Below, piece by piece: positions 18,824 to 28,860 of a stretch of 64,000 nt of DNA. The stretch covers positions 282,029 through 346,028 of the forward strand of contig JAUWZX010000001.1 in the NCBI GenBank assembly GCA_030615175.1, written 5' to 3'. Origin of the DNA: Candidatus Parvarchaeota archaeon (GTDB lineage Archaea; Nanobdellota; Nanobdellia; WJKC01). Position 1 is the stretch's first letter; the number at the start of each line of letters is the position of its first letter. The notes beneath the pieces were generated by a model that made no database searches, was not told where the DNA came from, and saw only the letters and a program-made list of their open reading frames with translations. The translations under genes were made by a program, and so were the position numbers.

Positions 18824-19140
18824 CTCTTTATGTAGCCTTTCCTTCTGAGCCATGATTCCTGAGTTTTTGAGTATTTGTAAATAACATCTCCTTTAGTTTC
18901 GCCTTCAATGTCCCATGGTTCGACAATTACTAAGTTGCTTTCCTTTAACCATAATCTGCGCCTGAACCTTCCTGGAACCCTGCACCGTCTAGTCCTGCCG
19001 TCAACGCATTGCACATCCATTCTTGCAGCACCAAGTAATTTAATAATGATGCCTATAACTTGTTTGCCTTTAGGTAGTTTAACCCTGATTAATTGCTTAC
19101 CCTCGCGGAATTCCTCTTCACCTTTGAACTTTTTTCTCAT
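18805..19140 (-). CDS. eif1a: Translation initiation factor aIF-1A
   Basis: LLGAARMDVQCVDGRTRRCRVPGRFRRRLW; VIVEPWD. Confidence 0.95.
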   Translation of the reverse strand: MRKKFKGEEEFREGKQLIRVKLPKGKQVIGIIIKLLGAARMDVQCVDGRTRRCRVPGRFRRRLWLKESNLVIVEPWDIEGETKGDVIYKYSKTQESWLRRKGYIKRLEEEF

Positions 19141-19189
19141 TAAGGAATAATTAATTGATTCATTAATTAAAAAACTTATTATTACTATT

Positions 19190-19477
19190 CTAAAGAATTT
19201 TTACCCACTGAGCGTGGGGCACTCCCTGTATTTCAGTTACATTTATTATTTTTTTTACTTTTCTTAAAGTATTAATTGATTCCTTGCCAAGAACATTAAT
19301 AATTGTTGCCTTGCTTAATTCATTAATTACTTCCTCCTCGCTTGCTTTTAAGTTGCCGTAGAATCCTTTACTTACTTTAATCTTTAAACCGTTTTCCTTT
19401 AATATTTTGCCAAGCAAGTCTTCATCGCACACACAGACTAAGTAGTTATTCCCTGCCATCCTTTTATTCATTATCAT
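19190..19477 (-). CDS. DUF424 family protein
   Basis: LVCVCDEDLLGK; FYG; ATIINVLG; GVPHAQ. Confidence 0.85.
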   Translation of the reverse strand: MIMNKRMAGNNYLVCVCDEDLLGKILKENGLKIKVSKGFYGNLKASEEEVINELSKATIINVLGKESINTLRKVKKIINVTEIQGVPHAQWVKIL

Positions 19478-19914
19478 TTAATACTCCTTACTGGTTTCTT
19501 GCCGCCGCAAGCCATGCATTTAATAAAGGTTAGCCTGTCTTCCTTTACTAGTTTGGTGTCAGGCTTGCCGCATTCCTTGCATTTAACGAATTCATTAACG
19601 TACTTGTTAACTTTCTCATTTAATGCAGTGCTTGAGAACCTGCCAGTGAATACTGCTCTTGGACCGTTAATATCGCCTTGCGTTGCCAGTTCTCTTAGTA
19701 AGTATTTCATTAAGTGTTCAGGTTTTCTTGCAATGTAATCAGTAATTGTCTTGAAATTATTAATTATTGTTTTATTTCCTTGAACCAGGCCCCTAACTCT
19801 TGGGACTTCAAAACGTTTTTTTTCAAAGACAACGCTGGGCAGTTGACTCCTCGCTTTCTTTAATAATTCATCATAATTATGTTTCCAAGCCATAAGCATA
19901 GAAAATGCAGGCAC
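19474..19914 (-). CDS. eif2b: Translation initiation factor aIF-2 beta (start may be 19893)
   Basis: RFEVP; GNKTIINNF; CKECGKPDT...CMACG Zn ribbon. Confidence 0.95.
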   Translation of the reverse strand: MPAFSMLMAWKHNYDELLKKARSQLPSVVFEKKRFEVPRVRGLVQGNKTIINNFKTITDYIARKPEHLMKYLLRELATQGDINGPRAVFTGRFSSTALNEKVNKYVNEFVKCKECGKPDTKLVKEDRLTFIKCMACGGKKPVRSIK

Positions 19915-19950
19915 TTCCTTTTAACTTTTTCGGCAGGAAATTCACAGATT

Positions 19951-19972
19951 ATTAAGCAAGCACTTGCTTAAT
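19951..19972. terminator. 10-bp stem hairpin at the end of the RPA2-like gene
   Basis: ATTAAGCAAG-CA-CTTGCTTAAT. Confidence 0.3.
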
Positions 19973-20591
19973 CAAGTACTTTGTACTTGCCTGCCTTTGG
20001 CTCAAAGACAGAGCCGTCAGCCATTAACTCACGGATTAATTTAAGGCATTCAGGCTTCTTAAGTTCCAATTTATTCATCACGTTTTTTAATTCAGCACCT
20101 TTACCTTTATCCAGTTTCTTAATGATTTCATAAACTTCATTTTTACTTATTGCGCGCAGGACTTTCTTCTCCTCTTTCTCCTTTTTTTCTTTGATTTTCT
20201 TAGGTTTGCTGCTTAACTCAAGTTTTCTTAAAACAAAGAGGTCAGGCACTGCCTTACTTATTATTTCAGGAACAAGGTATGTTTCCTCATTATACTGCCT
20301 AACCCTTCCCACTAAGTCAATTAAGTCACCTATAACTACTTTATCGATTACTTCAAAATTATTCTCCCATACACGAGCCCTGATAGTCTCTGTGCCGTCA
20401 TCAAGCACTAAGAAACCGCTGTTATTATCAAAAGTCATCTTATTAACCACTGTTGCCATCACTCTTGTCCTAGCAACTTTTAAGTCCTTAATTTCAACGT
20501 AATCAACTTCCCCTTCCTTTTTAATGTAAGGATTGCTGACTAAGTCTTTAATTATTAATTTATAAGCAGTATGCCTTTGAGTGAACATCAA
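19968..20591 (-). CDS. RPA32-like ssDNA-binding protein (OB fold plus winged helix)
   Basis: LDDGTETIRARVW OB fold; C-terminal GSVFEPKAGKYK wHTH. Confidence 0.85.
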   Translation of the reverse strand: MMFTQRHTAYKLIIKDLVSNPYIKKEGEVDYVEIKDLKVARTRVMATVVNKMTFDNNSGFLVLDDGTETIRARVWENNFEVIDKVVIGDLIDLVGRVRQYNEETYLVPEIISKAVPDLFVLRKLELSSKPKKIKEKKEKEEKKVLRAISKNEVYEIIKKLDKGKGAELKNVMNKLELKKPECLKLIRELMADGSVFEPKAGKYKVLD

Positions 20592-20640
20592 TACTTTTTA
20601 ATTCAATGAGTTAATTATAAGCATTTATGTACTGCCGGAA

Positions 20641-22668
20641 TTATCTTGGCAGCATCCTGATAGTGCCATGCTTTGGCTCAAATATTTCTCCCTCGCGTTT
20701 CATTTTCTGAATTATTTCTTCAGTTTTTCCTTCACTAATGCCTCGAGTCTTTGCTTCTTCAATGATGTTGCCCATTGGTATATTATTACCTAATCTATTA
20801 GCAAGGTCTTTTAGGACTTCTTTAATTATTAAAATCTTATTACGCTGGGAAGCAGTTATTCCAGAAACTATAAGGTCAATGTCTAACTCACCTGTTTCTG
20901 GGTCAACACCAATCTTTGACAAGCAGAATTTAAGCAAGTTAATAGCTCTCTCAGCATCCTTTCTCGTAACTTTATTAGATAACCTAATCCGCGCGTAAGC
21001 CTCGCTTATGCGCACTAATGCTTCTAACTGCCTTGGACTAATGGGTATTGGTCTAACTTCATCATCACCCATTACGCGCTTATTGCGCAGTGAAACATAA
21101 AAATCCTTTAATTCATTCATTGCTGAATCAGTTAATTGAGGATTAATCCTCTTAGCATAAGCAATGTACTTGCGCAAGTATTTCTGAGCAAAAATTCCTC
21201 TCTCCTTCTTAGGTGTTTTGGCAACGTCTAGCATGTGGCGTGCAATTTTCTCATCACGCTCCCTGTCAGGTATGTCCTTCATAGGGAATATCAAGTCAAA
21301 ACGGTTAACTAGAGTGGCGGGCAGGTCAATTTGTTCAGCCACCGGAGTGTAAGGATTAAACCTTGCGTACTTAGGGTTAGCGGCAGCAAGCACGCTCGCC
21401 TGCGCATTAAGAGTGGCATGAATATTAGCTTTTGCAATAGTAACCACTTGTGATTCCAAGGCTTCATGCATGGCTACTCTGTCTTCATTACTCATTTTAT
21501 CTAACTCATCAATGATTGCGATTCCTTTATTAGCAAGGACTAAAACGCCTGCTTCAAGACTCCAGCCTCTCACGAATTCATCTTTTACTACAGAAGCAGT
21601 TAAGCCAACGCCTGAAGCTCCTTTGCCTGAAACATAACGCGCTTTAGGTGCGAGTGTTGAAACATACTTCAGCATTTGAGTTTTAGAAACACCAGGGTCA
21701 CCGACTAATAGTATATGCAGGTCTCCTCTAACTATTGTCCCATCAGACCTTTTCTTCCTGACGCCGCCGAATAATTGCACTACAATAGCTTCCTTTATTT
21801 TTTCATAACCATAAATTGTTGGGGCTATGGAACCAACTAATTTATCATAAATTTTAGGGTCGCTTGCGATTTTCTTAATTTCATTAACATCTTCATCGCT
21901 TAATTCAATTTCAATGAACTCATATTCCATTGGAGTTATTGAATTAGCATTAATGTGGATGTCAAATCTTGTGCTCTTAGCGCCTGTTCTTAAATAAATA
22001 GGGACTTCCTCAACAATACCTACTATCTGAACTCTCGAGCCAGGACATGTTTTTAAAACAATTGTTGGATCAACCAAGTCCTTGTTTAGTATTACACTAA
22101 TTCTTTGAGGCTGCTCGCCTCCTTCCATCATTTCAGGTGATTCTTCAATAACTATTTTTTGAACATCCTCTAATAATTTTTCATGAACCGTGAACTTCCC
22201 TCTGCGGCCGCATTGAGGGCATCTCTTAGGTTCTTTAACCCTGCTAGTTGTCTGCTTTTGCTCTATTAATTGAGCGCATGCAGGGCATTCAAAAATAATT
22301 AATGAACTTGCAGGCCTCACTTCTGATGCCTGCCTCACTAATCCATCAATTTGTACTAACTTGCTTAAATGCTTTGTCCTGATGTTCTTTACCTTAATAA
22401 TGTTTGATTCAGGCAGGTTAGTGAATCTTGGCTCTAAATTAAATCCTAGTTCTTCATAAGCCTTTCTCGCGGTTTCTAAGAATTCCTTAGGGTCTTTAAG
22501 TAATTCATCGCTTATTTTAGGTTCTTGATTGTCAAGTACTGTGAAGTCAATGAAGAATGAGTCCTCACCCCTGCTTGAAGCCAGGGCTATTTTCTTGCCA
22601 TAATTGTTAGTTATGAAGTCGCGGAACGTCCTTAATAATTCATCCAATTCAAAATTCCCCCCATTCAA
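20641..22668 (-). CDS. mcm: MCM replicative helicase (no intein)
   Basis: C4 Zn finger; GDPGVSKTQ; IDELDKM; AAANP; NRFD. Confidence 0.97.
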   Translation of the reverse strand: MNGGNFELDELLRTFRDFITNNYGKKIALASSRGEDSFFIDFTVLDNQEPKISDELLKDPKEFLETARKAYEELGFNLEPRFTNLPESNIIKVKNIRTKHLSKLVQIDGLVRQASEVRPASSLIIFECPACAQLIEQKQTTSRVKEPKRCPQCGRRGKFTVHEKLLEDVQKIVIEESPEMMEGGEQPQRISVILNKDLVDPTIVLKTCPGSRVQIVGIVEEVPIYLRTGAKSTRFDIHINANSITPMEYEFIEIELSDEDVNEIKKIASDPKIYDKLVGSIAPTIYGYEKIKEAIVVQLFGGVRKKRSDGTIVRGDLHILLVGDPGVSKTQMLKYVSTLAPKARYVSGKGASGVGLTASVVKDEFVRGWSLEAGVLVLANKGIAIIDELDKMSNEDRVAMHEALESQVVTIAKANIHATLNAQASVLAAANPKYARFNPYTPVAEQIDLPATLVNRFDLIFPMKDIPDRERDEKIARHMLDVAKTPKKERGIFAQKYLRKYIAYAKRINPQLTDSAMNELKDFYVSLRNKRVMGDDEVRPIPISPRQLEALVRISEAYARIRLSNKVTRKDAERAINLLKFCLSKIGVDPETGELDIDLIVSGITASQRNKILIIKEVLKDLANRLGNNIPMGNIIEEAKTRGISEGKTEEIIQKMKREGEIFEPKHGTIRMLPR

Positions 22669-22769
22669 AGATTATTTATATTCATTGAAATAAAAACTTA
22701 TTGATTTTATAAAGTTTAAATAAAAATGTAATGCCTTAACTTCTTATGGAAAAGTAAAAATAAAGAAAT

Positions 22770-23315
22770 TTAAGATTTTTTAACTAATTTTTTAAGTGTT
22801 ACTGTCAGTTCCTTAACACTGTCATTTACTTCTTTTGCATTCTTTGCTCCTGTGCAGACTATCTTGCCTGTGCCGAATAACAGGAATGTTATGTGACTGT
22901 TCGGTACTTTGTAAACCAGTCCTGGGAATTGCTCTGGCTCGTACTCTGCGTTCTCAAGTTTGAGTACAAGAGAGTTTAAATTAAGTTTCATGTGCAAGTT
23001 TCCTGAGGCAACCATGTTCTGTATTGTTATTTCAGGCTTCTTTTTAGTGATTAAATTAACTTTTCTTAATTCTTTTAATATTTCCTTTACTCCTACCTTG
23101 ACCATTTCTTCTGATTTAGCGCCTGTGCAGACCATTTTCCCTGAACTAAACACGAGCGCGGTTATTCCTATATGTTTAAGTCTTAGTACTAGTCCTGGGA
23201 ATTGTTCTGGATTGTATTCAGTGTTTGGTAGTGTTGTCGCTAGTTTCTCTAATGGAATGTCCATGAATGTTGTGACGCTTGCAACCACATTTTCAATTTT
23301 TATATCTTCAGGCAT
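22770..23315 (-). CDS. tbp: TATA-box binding protein
   Basis: Two repeats of ENVVAS...EYNPEQFPGLV...GKMVCTGAK. Confidence 0.97.
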   Translation of the reverse strand: MPEDIKIENVVASVTTFMDIPLEKLATTLPNTEYNPEQFPGLVLRLKHIGITALVFSSGKMVCTGAKSEEMVKVGVKEILKELRKVNLITKKKPEITIQNMVASGNLHMKLNLNSLVLKLENAEYEPEQFPGLVYKVPNSHITFLLFGTGKIVCTGAKNAKEVNDSVKELTVTLKKLVKKS

Positions 23316-23367
23316 TTATAAAACTCCCTTTATAAATGATTTGTAAATGAATTGCCCTTTATAAATA

Positions 23368-23733
23368 CTAATGGTCGTGCCTGTCATAGTAGAATACGTG
23401 TTCTCTTTCATTAATGAATGAAACATTAAGCGTCATAAATGCTTGTTTTAATAGCTTTTCAGCATCAGTGAGTGGCTGCGTGTTATTAGCGTAATTAAAT
23501 ATTATTTCAGAAATTTTAAATCCATTAATGTATTGCAGTATTTTCATTACTTGATTAATTATTTCAGCAACATTAAGTTTTCTTCCATGCTCAGTGACTA
23601 AGTTAATGAATGCTTTATTCTTAAAGCACATGACTTTTGGCTTAATAATTAACCCGTCATGCGTTCTCAGAAATAATGTATAGCCTTCATTAGTATCCAA
23701 CACCTCAACCAATTCAAGCTCAAAAGACTTCAT
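23368..23733 (-). CDS. Hypothetical protein
   Basis: 121-aa ORF filling the gap; no motif recognised. Confidence 0.6.
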   Translation of the reverse strand: MKSFELELVEVLDTNEGYTLFLRTHDGLIIKPKVMCFKNKAFINLVTEHGRKLNVAEIINQVMKILQYINGFKISEIIFNYANNTQPLTDAEKLLKQAFMTLNVSFINEREHVFYYDRHDH

Positions 23734-23837
23734 CTAAAATCATGTATTGCTGTGTTAAATAAAAAGTCATGGTTTAAAAATTGATAAACTAAAAAGTTTA
23801 TTAAATTATATAAATAAGTTTAGTCTTTGTTTTCTTT

Positions 23838-24707
23838 ATGGGTCTTAATTTCTTCGTTCCATTCTCAGGAACCAAGCATGGGGTTAAGGATCATGTTATT
23901 ACAATTCTCTCTTATAATTGGCCTCTAAGCGTTAAGAAGATTTATAATCTAATTAGGAAGAAGTATTCATTAAACATTACTTATCAGGCTGTTTATAAGA
24001 CTGTTCATGAATTAATTAAGATGAGGATTCTGGTACGGGCAGGCGAGAGGAATTATAAATTAAATCTCAAATGGCTTAAGGATCTTCACTCTTACACTGA
24101 ATTGACTGAGACTAATTATTATACTAAGAAAAGACATAATTTGATTATGGGCATCTTGGACGCTAAGGAGGAGGGTTCAATGAGTCTGCTTGTTTTTGAA
24201 ACATTTTTTGATGTTGAAAAGTACTTGTACTACTTGCAAAAGAATTTCGTGTTGAATAATAATGATAAAAGTGTTATCTGCATTCACCATAATCATGAGT
24301 GGAGGCCTTTGTTTTATTTGCGCGCTGAATATAATTGGGTTCGCAAGATTCAGGAACTCGGAGGAGAGACTTATGTTTTATGCGCTGGCAGGACTCCATT
24401 GGATAAGTGGTGCGCGAAGTTCTATAAGAGTATTGGCTTGAAGATTAAGACTGGCGTTAACTGCGCTGGCTTGAGTGAAATCATGGTTTTCGGCAACCTG
24501 GTTATTCAAATATTCCTTCCGAGCATGATTAAGAATAAATTACACGAGTACGCTGTTAAGTCAGGCAGTATTGAAGAACTTAAACTGTCACGTCTTGCAA
24601 TGGACGTTTTTGAAAAGAAAGCAGAGATTAAGGTTGTTATTAATAAGGACTCTAAACTTGCAGAGCAGATAAGGAAGGAGACAATGAGTCATTTTAAACA
24701 GTCCTAA
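23838..24707 (+). CDS. Putative winged-helix transcription regulator
   Basis: N-terminal WPLSVKKIYNLI...ITYQAVYKTVHEL wHTH-like region. Confidence 0.6.
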   Translation: MGLNFFVPFSGTKHGVKDHVITILSYNWPLSVKKIYNLIRKKYSLNITYQAVYKTVHELIKMRILVRAGERNYKLNLKWLKDLHSYTELTETNYYTKKRHNLIMGILDAKEEGSMSLLVFETFFDVEKYLYYLQKNFVLNNNDKSVICIHHNHEWRPLFYLRAEYNWVRKIQELGGETYVLCAGRTPLDKWCAKFYKSIGLKIKTGVNCAGLSEIMVFGNLVIQIFLPSMIKNKLHEYAVKSGSIEELKLSRLAMDVFEKKAEIKVVINKDSKLAEQIRKETMSHFKQS

Positions 24708-27700
24708 TATTAATCCTTAATTCCTTGCCCTTTATCCTGTACTCAACAGCATCTGCTGAAGTCTTGTTAAATAATAATTCTGAATTAGTCTGTTTAGTAA
24801 CCCAGTCCAAGTGCTTTTTAAGCATTGTCTTTAATTCATTGTCACATTTAAGAATTATTTTAATCTTCTGGTTTCTCTTTAAGCCAAACTTTTTGCGGGT
24901 TTCCTGAATTCTCCTAATTACTTCGCGGGTGAATCCCTCACTGATTAATTCAGGACCCTGCTTTGTGTCAAGGTAAACGCTTAATGCGTCAGAAATTCTT
25001 TCACTGAGAATGTTATTAGGTAATTTCTCAGTTATTATAAAAGCATTTTCTGGCAGCACGTAATCCTTACTTTCAACATTAATCTTAACTGACTTTAACT
25101 CTAAGAGTCCTCTTTTAATGTACTCCTGACTTAATTGCGTTAGCCTGCCAATGATTTGTGCAACAACGCCTGGGAATAATTGATTAAGCACTTTATAATC
25201 AGGTTTAACACTAAAGTCAACCATTGGATTTTCAAATTTTAATTCTTTAATATTCGCCTGCTCCTTAATTATTTCAGTGAATTCATTTAATAATTTAGCA
25301 TCCTTAGCAGCCACGTAAGCAGTCATTAAAGGCCACCTCTTATTAATCCCTGCTTTCTCCCTTAAGTGAAGAATTGCTTGAGAAATACTCCTTGCTAATT
25401 CAAAACCATTAATGAATGATTTATTAAATGGTCTTGCCTTGGGCCATGAAAGCATGAAAACACTCTCTTCTTTAAATCTTAAGCAATTCCTTAAGTTTAA
25501 GTACATTTCCTCAGCAATGAAAGGCGAAACAATTGAAAGCATCCTGATACTGGCACTTAGGACTTTATCAATTATTGCAAGAGCATTCTTTTTCTCTTCC
25601 TTGCTCCCGAGCAATACCCTGTTCTTAATTAATTTTAAGTATTCCCTGCTGAAGTCTTCGACAAGTAATTTCTTAATTAACCGCGGAACTAAATGAATAA
25701 AGTAATTATCCATGCACTTAGTTGTTTCACTAACTGTCTGGTTTAATCTGTTAATTATCCATTTATCCTCAGGCAATTTAATGACTAGTTCCATCACAGG
25801 CTTGTAATGTTCTATTTTAAAATTCTTTAAAGCATATAAGTGAGTGTTCCAAATCACGTTCAAAGCTCTGTGAGCATCCTTTAAATCTTTAATATTAAAT
25901 TTTGGGTCAACCCCCGGACTAGTTGAGCCAATCTGGTAAAAGCGCAGGCTGTCTGCTCCGAACTTGTTAACCATCTCCTTTGGTTCAATAACATTGCCAG
26001 CACTCTTGCTCATCTTCTTACCTTTCTCATCAACAACGAAGCCGTGCATGAAAATCTTCTTATAAGGAGCGATGCCCCAACTCGCATTGCTTAAGCAGAT
26101 AAGCGAGTTAAACCAGCCTCTAATCTGGTCCTTGCCTTCAATTATGAATTCCATTGGGAAACTGCCTTTAAAGTAATTCTTCTTCCTTGGGAAGTTAAGA
26201 CTGCTCCATGGAGCAGAGCCTGAGTCAAGCCACACGTCTAGGACGTCAGGAACCCGTTTCATTAATCCTTTGCATTTCTTACACTTAAAAGTGACTTTGT
26301 CAATGTGAGGTCTGTGAAAATCAATTTCCTTCTTAAGATTGCTTAACTTTTTTAATTCAGTCCAGGAGCCAACAAGTGTTTTTTCACCGCACTCATCGCA
26401 AATCCATATTGGTAATGGAATGCCCCAGTAGCGCTGCCTGCTAATGCACCAGTCATCAAGTTCTTTAAGCCATGAATCAAACCACGCGCTGCCAGCCCAG
26501 TCAGGAATCCAGTAAACTTTTCTGTTCTGGGCGCGCATCTTATTCCTTAACTTGCTTGTCTTAATGAACCACTGCTTGCTTGCTCTGAAAATTACAGGAT
26601 TCTTTGAGCGCCAGCAGTGAGGGTATTCATGCTCAATCATTACATTAGTTAACACGCTGTTGCCGAGCATTTCAGTAATTTTTTTATCATCATCCTTAGC
26701 TCTTAAGCCATTTAATTCTCCTGACTTATTACCGAAGTAGCCGTCATCATCCAAGTCATTAAAAACAGGCAGTTTATACTTCTTACCGACTTCATAGTCT
26801 TCTGGACCGCAGCCAGGAGCGCAGTGAACAAGTCCTGAACCAGCGCTTGTATCAACATATTTCTTGCTCAGGATTACTGTATGAACATTCTTTTTCTTAG
26901 AGTACTCTTTTAATTCAGGTATCTTGTTAGACAATGGGTGCTCATAATTTAATCCTAATAATTTATCACCTTTAAATTCCTTAATGAATTTGTATTCCTT
27001 GTTCATTAATCCTTGAATGAATGGTTCTGCCAATACCTTGGCAATAATCCAGAATTCATCACCCACTCCTGCCTTGACGTAATCTATTTCCGGATTAACC
27101 ATTACTGCCATATTAAATGGTATTGTCCATGGAGTAGTAGTCCAAATAATTAAGTACTCATTAGGATTTTCTGTTTTGAATTTGATGTATATTGAATTTT
27201 CCTTAATTGTTTTATAATCAAGTTCATGCTTTGCCAGGGCTGTGGCGCAGACAGGGCACCAAGTAATAACTTTCCTTCCTTTGTATAATAATTTATTCTC
27301 CCATGCCTTTTTTAAAGCCCACCAACTGCCTTCAATGTAAGTATTATTTATTGACATATAAGGATTATCCCAGTCCTGCCAGATGCCTAATCGCTTGAAC
27401 TCCTTATTCATTGCTTCAAGCATTTCTAATGCATATTTCCTGCACATCTTTGTGAATTTATCAATACCTATCCTGAGGATTTCCTTCCTGTTCTTAATAT
27501 TGAACTTTTTCTGTACTTGAACTTCTATTGGCAAGCCATGCATGTCATATCCTGGCTGGTCATTAACAATGAATCCCTGTATGCGTTTGTAGCGCAGTAT
27601 CATATCCTTCATTGCCTTATTCCACGAGTGACCTAAGTGTATGTAGCCGCTGGTGAATGGCGGTCCGTCAATGAATAAGAATTTCTTCTTGCCTCCTCTT

Positions 27701-27786
27701 TTCTTTACCTTCTTGTAAACATGGTTTTTCTCCCAGAACTTAATTATTTTAGGCTCTATTTTCTGCGGGTTATACCTTACTTCCAT
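24694..27786 (-). CDS. ileS: Isoleucyl-tRNA synthetase (archaeal/eukaryotic type)
   Basis: DGPP..SGYIHLGH; WTTTPWT; DWCISRQRYWG; EGKDQIRGWF; KMSKS. Confidence 0.97.
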   Translation of the reverse strand: MEVRYNPQKIEPKIIKFWEKNHVYKKVKKRGGKKKFLFIDGPPFTSGYIHLGHSWNKAMKDMILRYKRIQGFIVNDQPGYDMHGLPIEVQVQKKFNIKNRKEILRIGIDKFTKMCRKYALEMLEAMNKEFKRLGIWQDWDNPYMSINNTYIEGSWWALKKAWENKLLYKGRKVITWCPVCATALAKHELDYKTIKENSIYIKFKTENPNEYLIIWTTTPWTIPFNMAVMVNPEIDYVKAGVGDEFWIIAKVLAEPFIQGLMNKEYKFIKEFKGDKLLGLNYEHPLSNKIPELKEYSKKKNVHTVILSKKYVDTSAGSGLVHCAPGCGPEDYEVGKKYKLPVFNDLDDDGYFGNKSGELNGLRAKDDDKKITEMLGNSVLTNVMIEHEYPHCWRSKNPVIFRASKQWFIKTSKLRNKMRAQNRKVYWIPDWAGSAWFDSWLKELDDWCISRQRYWGIPLPIWICDECGEKTLVGSWTELKKLSNLKKEIDFHRPHIDKVTFKCKKCKGLMKRVPDVLDVWLDSGSAPWSSLNFPRKKNYFKGSFPMEFIIEGKDQIRGWFNSLICLSNASWGIAPYKKIFMHGFVVDEKGKKMSKSAGNVIEPKEMVNKFGADSLRFYQIGSTSPGVDPKFNIKDLKDAHRALNVIWNTHLYALKNFKIEHYKPVMELVIKLPEDKWIINRLNQTVSETTKCMDNYFIHLVPRLIKKLLVEDFSREYLKLIKNRVLLGSKEEKKNALAIIDKVLSASIRMLSIVSPFIAEEMYLNLRNCLRFKEESVFMLSWPKARPFNKSFINGFELARSISQAILHLREKAGINKRWPLMTAYVAAKDAKLLNEFTEIIKEQANIKELKFENPMVDFSVKPDYKVLNQLFPGVVAQIIGRLTQLSQEYIKRGLLELKSVKINVESKDYVLPENAFIITEKLPNNILSERISDALSVYLDTKQGPELISEGFTREVIRRIQETRKKFGLKRNQKIKIILKCDNELKTMLKKHLDWVTKQTNSELLFNKTSADAVEYRIKGKELRINIRTV

Positions 27787-27896
27787 AAAGAGTGGATTAG
27801 AAATTTTTCATTTTTAAACCCTTTGATTAATTTACTAAAACTTATCCTTAGAAGCCGTAAATATTTAAAAGTAGTAGTGCTATCACAATTAAGATT

Positions 27897-28856
27897 ATGA
27901 GTGCTCTTGATATTTGGACTGAGAAGTACAGACCAAAGCGATTAAATGACGTTTATGGTCAGGTAGGCATTATTAAGCGATTAAAATCATTTGTTAAGGC
28001 TAAGAGCATGCCGCACTTATTATTTGCTGGTCCTGCAGGCACAGGAAAAACCACCTGTGCTTTGGCAATTGCCAGGGAGTTATATAGTGATGAATGGGGT
28101 CATAATTTTATGGAATTAAATGCGAGTGATATGAGAGGGATTGATGTTGTTAGAGGCAGGATTAAGAATTTTGCGAGGACAATGCCCTTTGGAGGATTAT
28201 CTTTTAAGTTAATACTATTAGATGAGGCTGATGCGTTAACAAGGGATGCGCAGCACGCTTTAAGGAGGACTATGGAGAAATATGCTTCAACTTGCAGGTT
28301 CATACTTGACTGTAATTATTCATCAAAAATTATTGACCCAATCCAGTCAAGGTGTGCTGTATTCAGGTTTAAGCCGTTAAATGAGCCGGTAGTTACTGAA
28401 TTATTACGTGACGTTTCAAGGAAGGAAGGATTAAAAATCACTGAGAATGCATTAAAAATCTTGTATGAAGTTTCACGAGGCGACTTGAGGAAGTCATTAA
28501 ATTTATTGCAGGCAACTTCAAGCATAACTAAGGTGATTAATGAATCATTAATTCATGAAGTAGCGAGTTATGCAAAACCTGAAGAAATGAATAAAGTGAT
28601 TAAATTAGCTCTTAACAATGAATTTGATAAGTCAAAGGACTTAGTGATGAACTTAATGATTAAGTACGGCTTGTCAGGGGTTGATGCAATAAAACAATTA
28701 CACTCGCAAGTAATCAGGATGGACCTGCCAAGAGAACTGAAGGTGTCATTAATAGACAGGATAGGGGAGTACGAGTTTAGAATGATTGAAGGAGCAGACG
28801 AGTTCTTGCAAATGGATGCATTAATAGCTCAGATATGCTACTTAGGGAATAAGTGA
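27897..28856 (+). CDS. rfcS: Replication factor C small subunit
   Basis: WTEKYRP; GPAGTGKT; ELNASD; DEAD; SRC. Confidence 0.97.
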   Translation: MSALDIWTEKYRPKRLNDVYGQVGIIKRLKSFVKAKSMPHLLFAGPAGTGKTTCALAIARELYSDEWGHNFMELNASDMRGIDVVRGRIKNFARTMPFGGLSFKLILLDEADALTRDAQHALRRTMEKYASTCRFILDCNYSSKIIDPIQSRCAVFRFKPLNEPVVTELLRDVSRKEGLKITENALKILYEVSRGDLRKSLNLLQATSSITKVINESLIHEVASYAKPEEMNKVIKLALNNEFDKSKDLVMNLMIKYGLSGVDAIKQLHSQVIRMDLPRELKVSLIDRIGEYEFRMIEGADEFLQMDALIAQICYLGNK

Positions 28857-28860
28857 TTTT

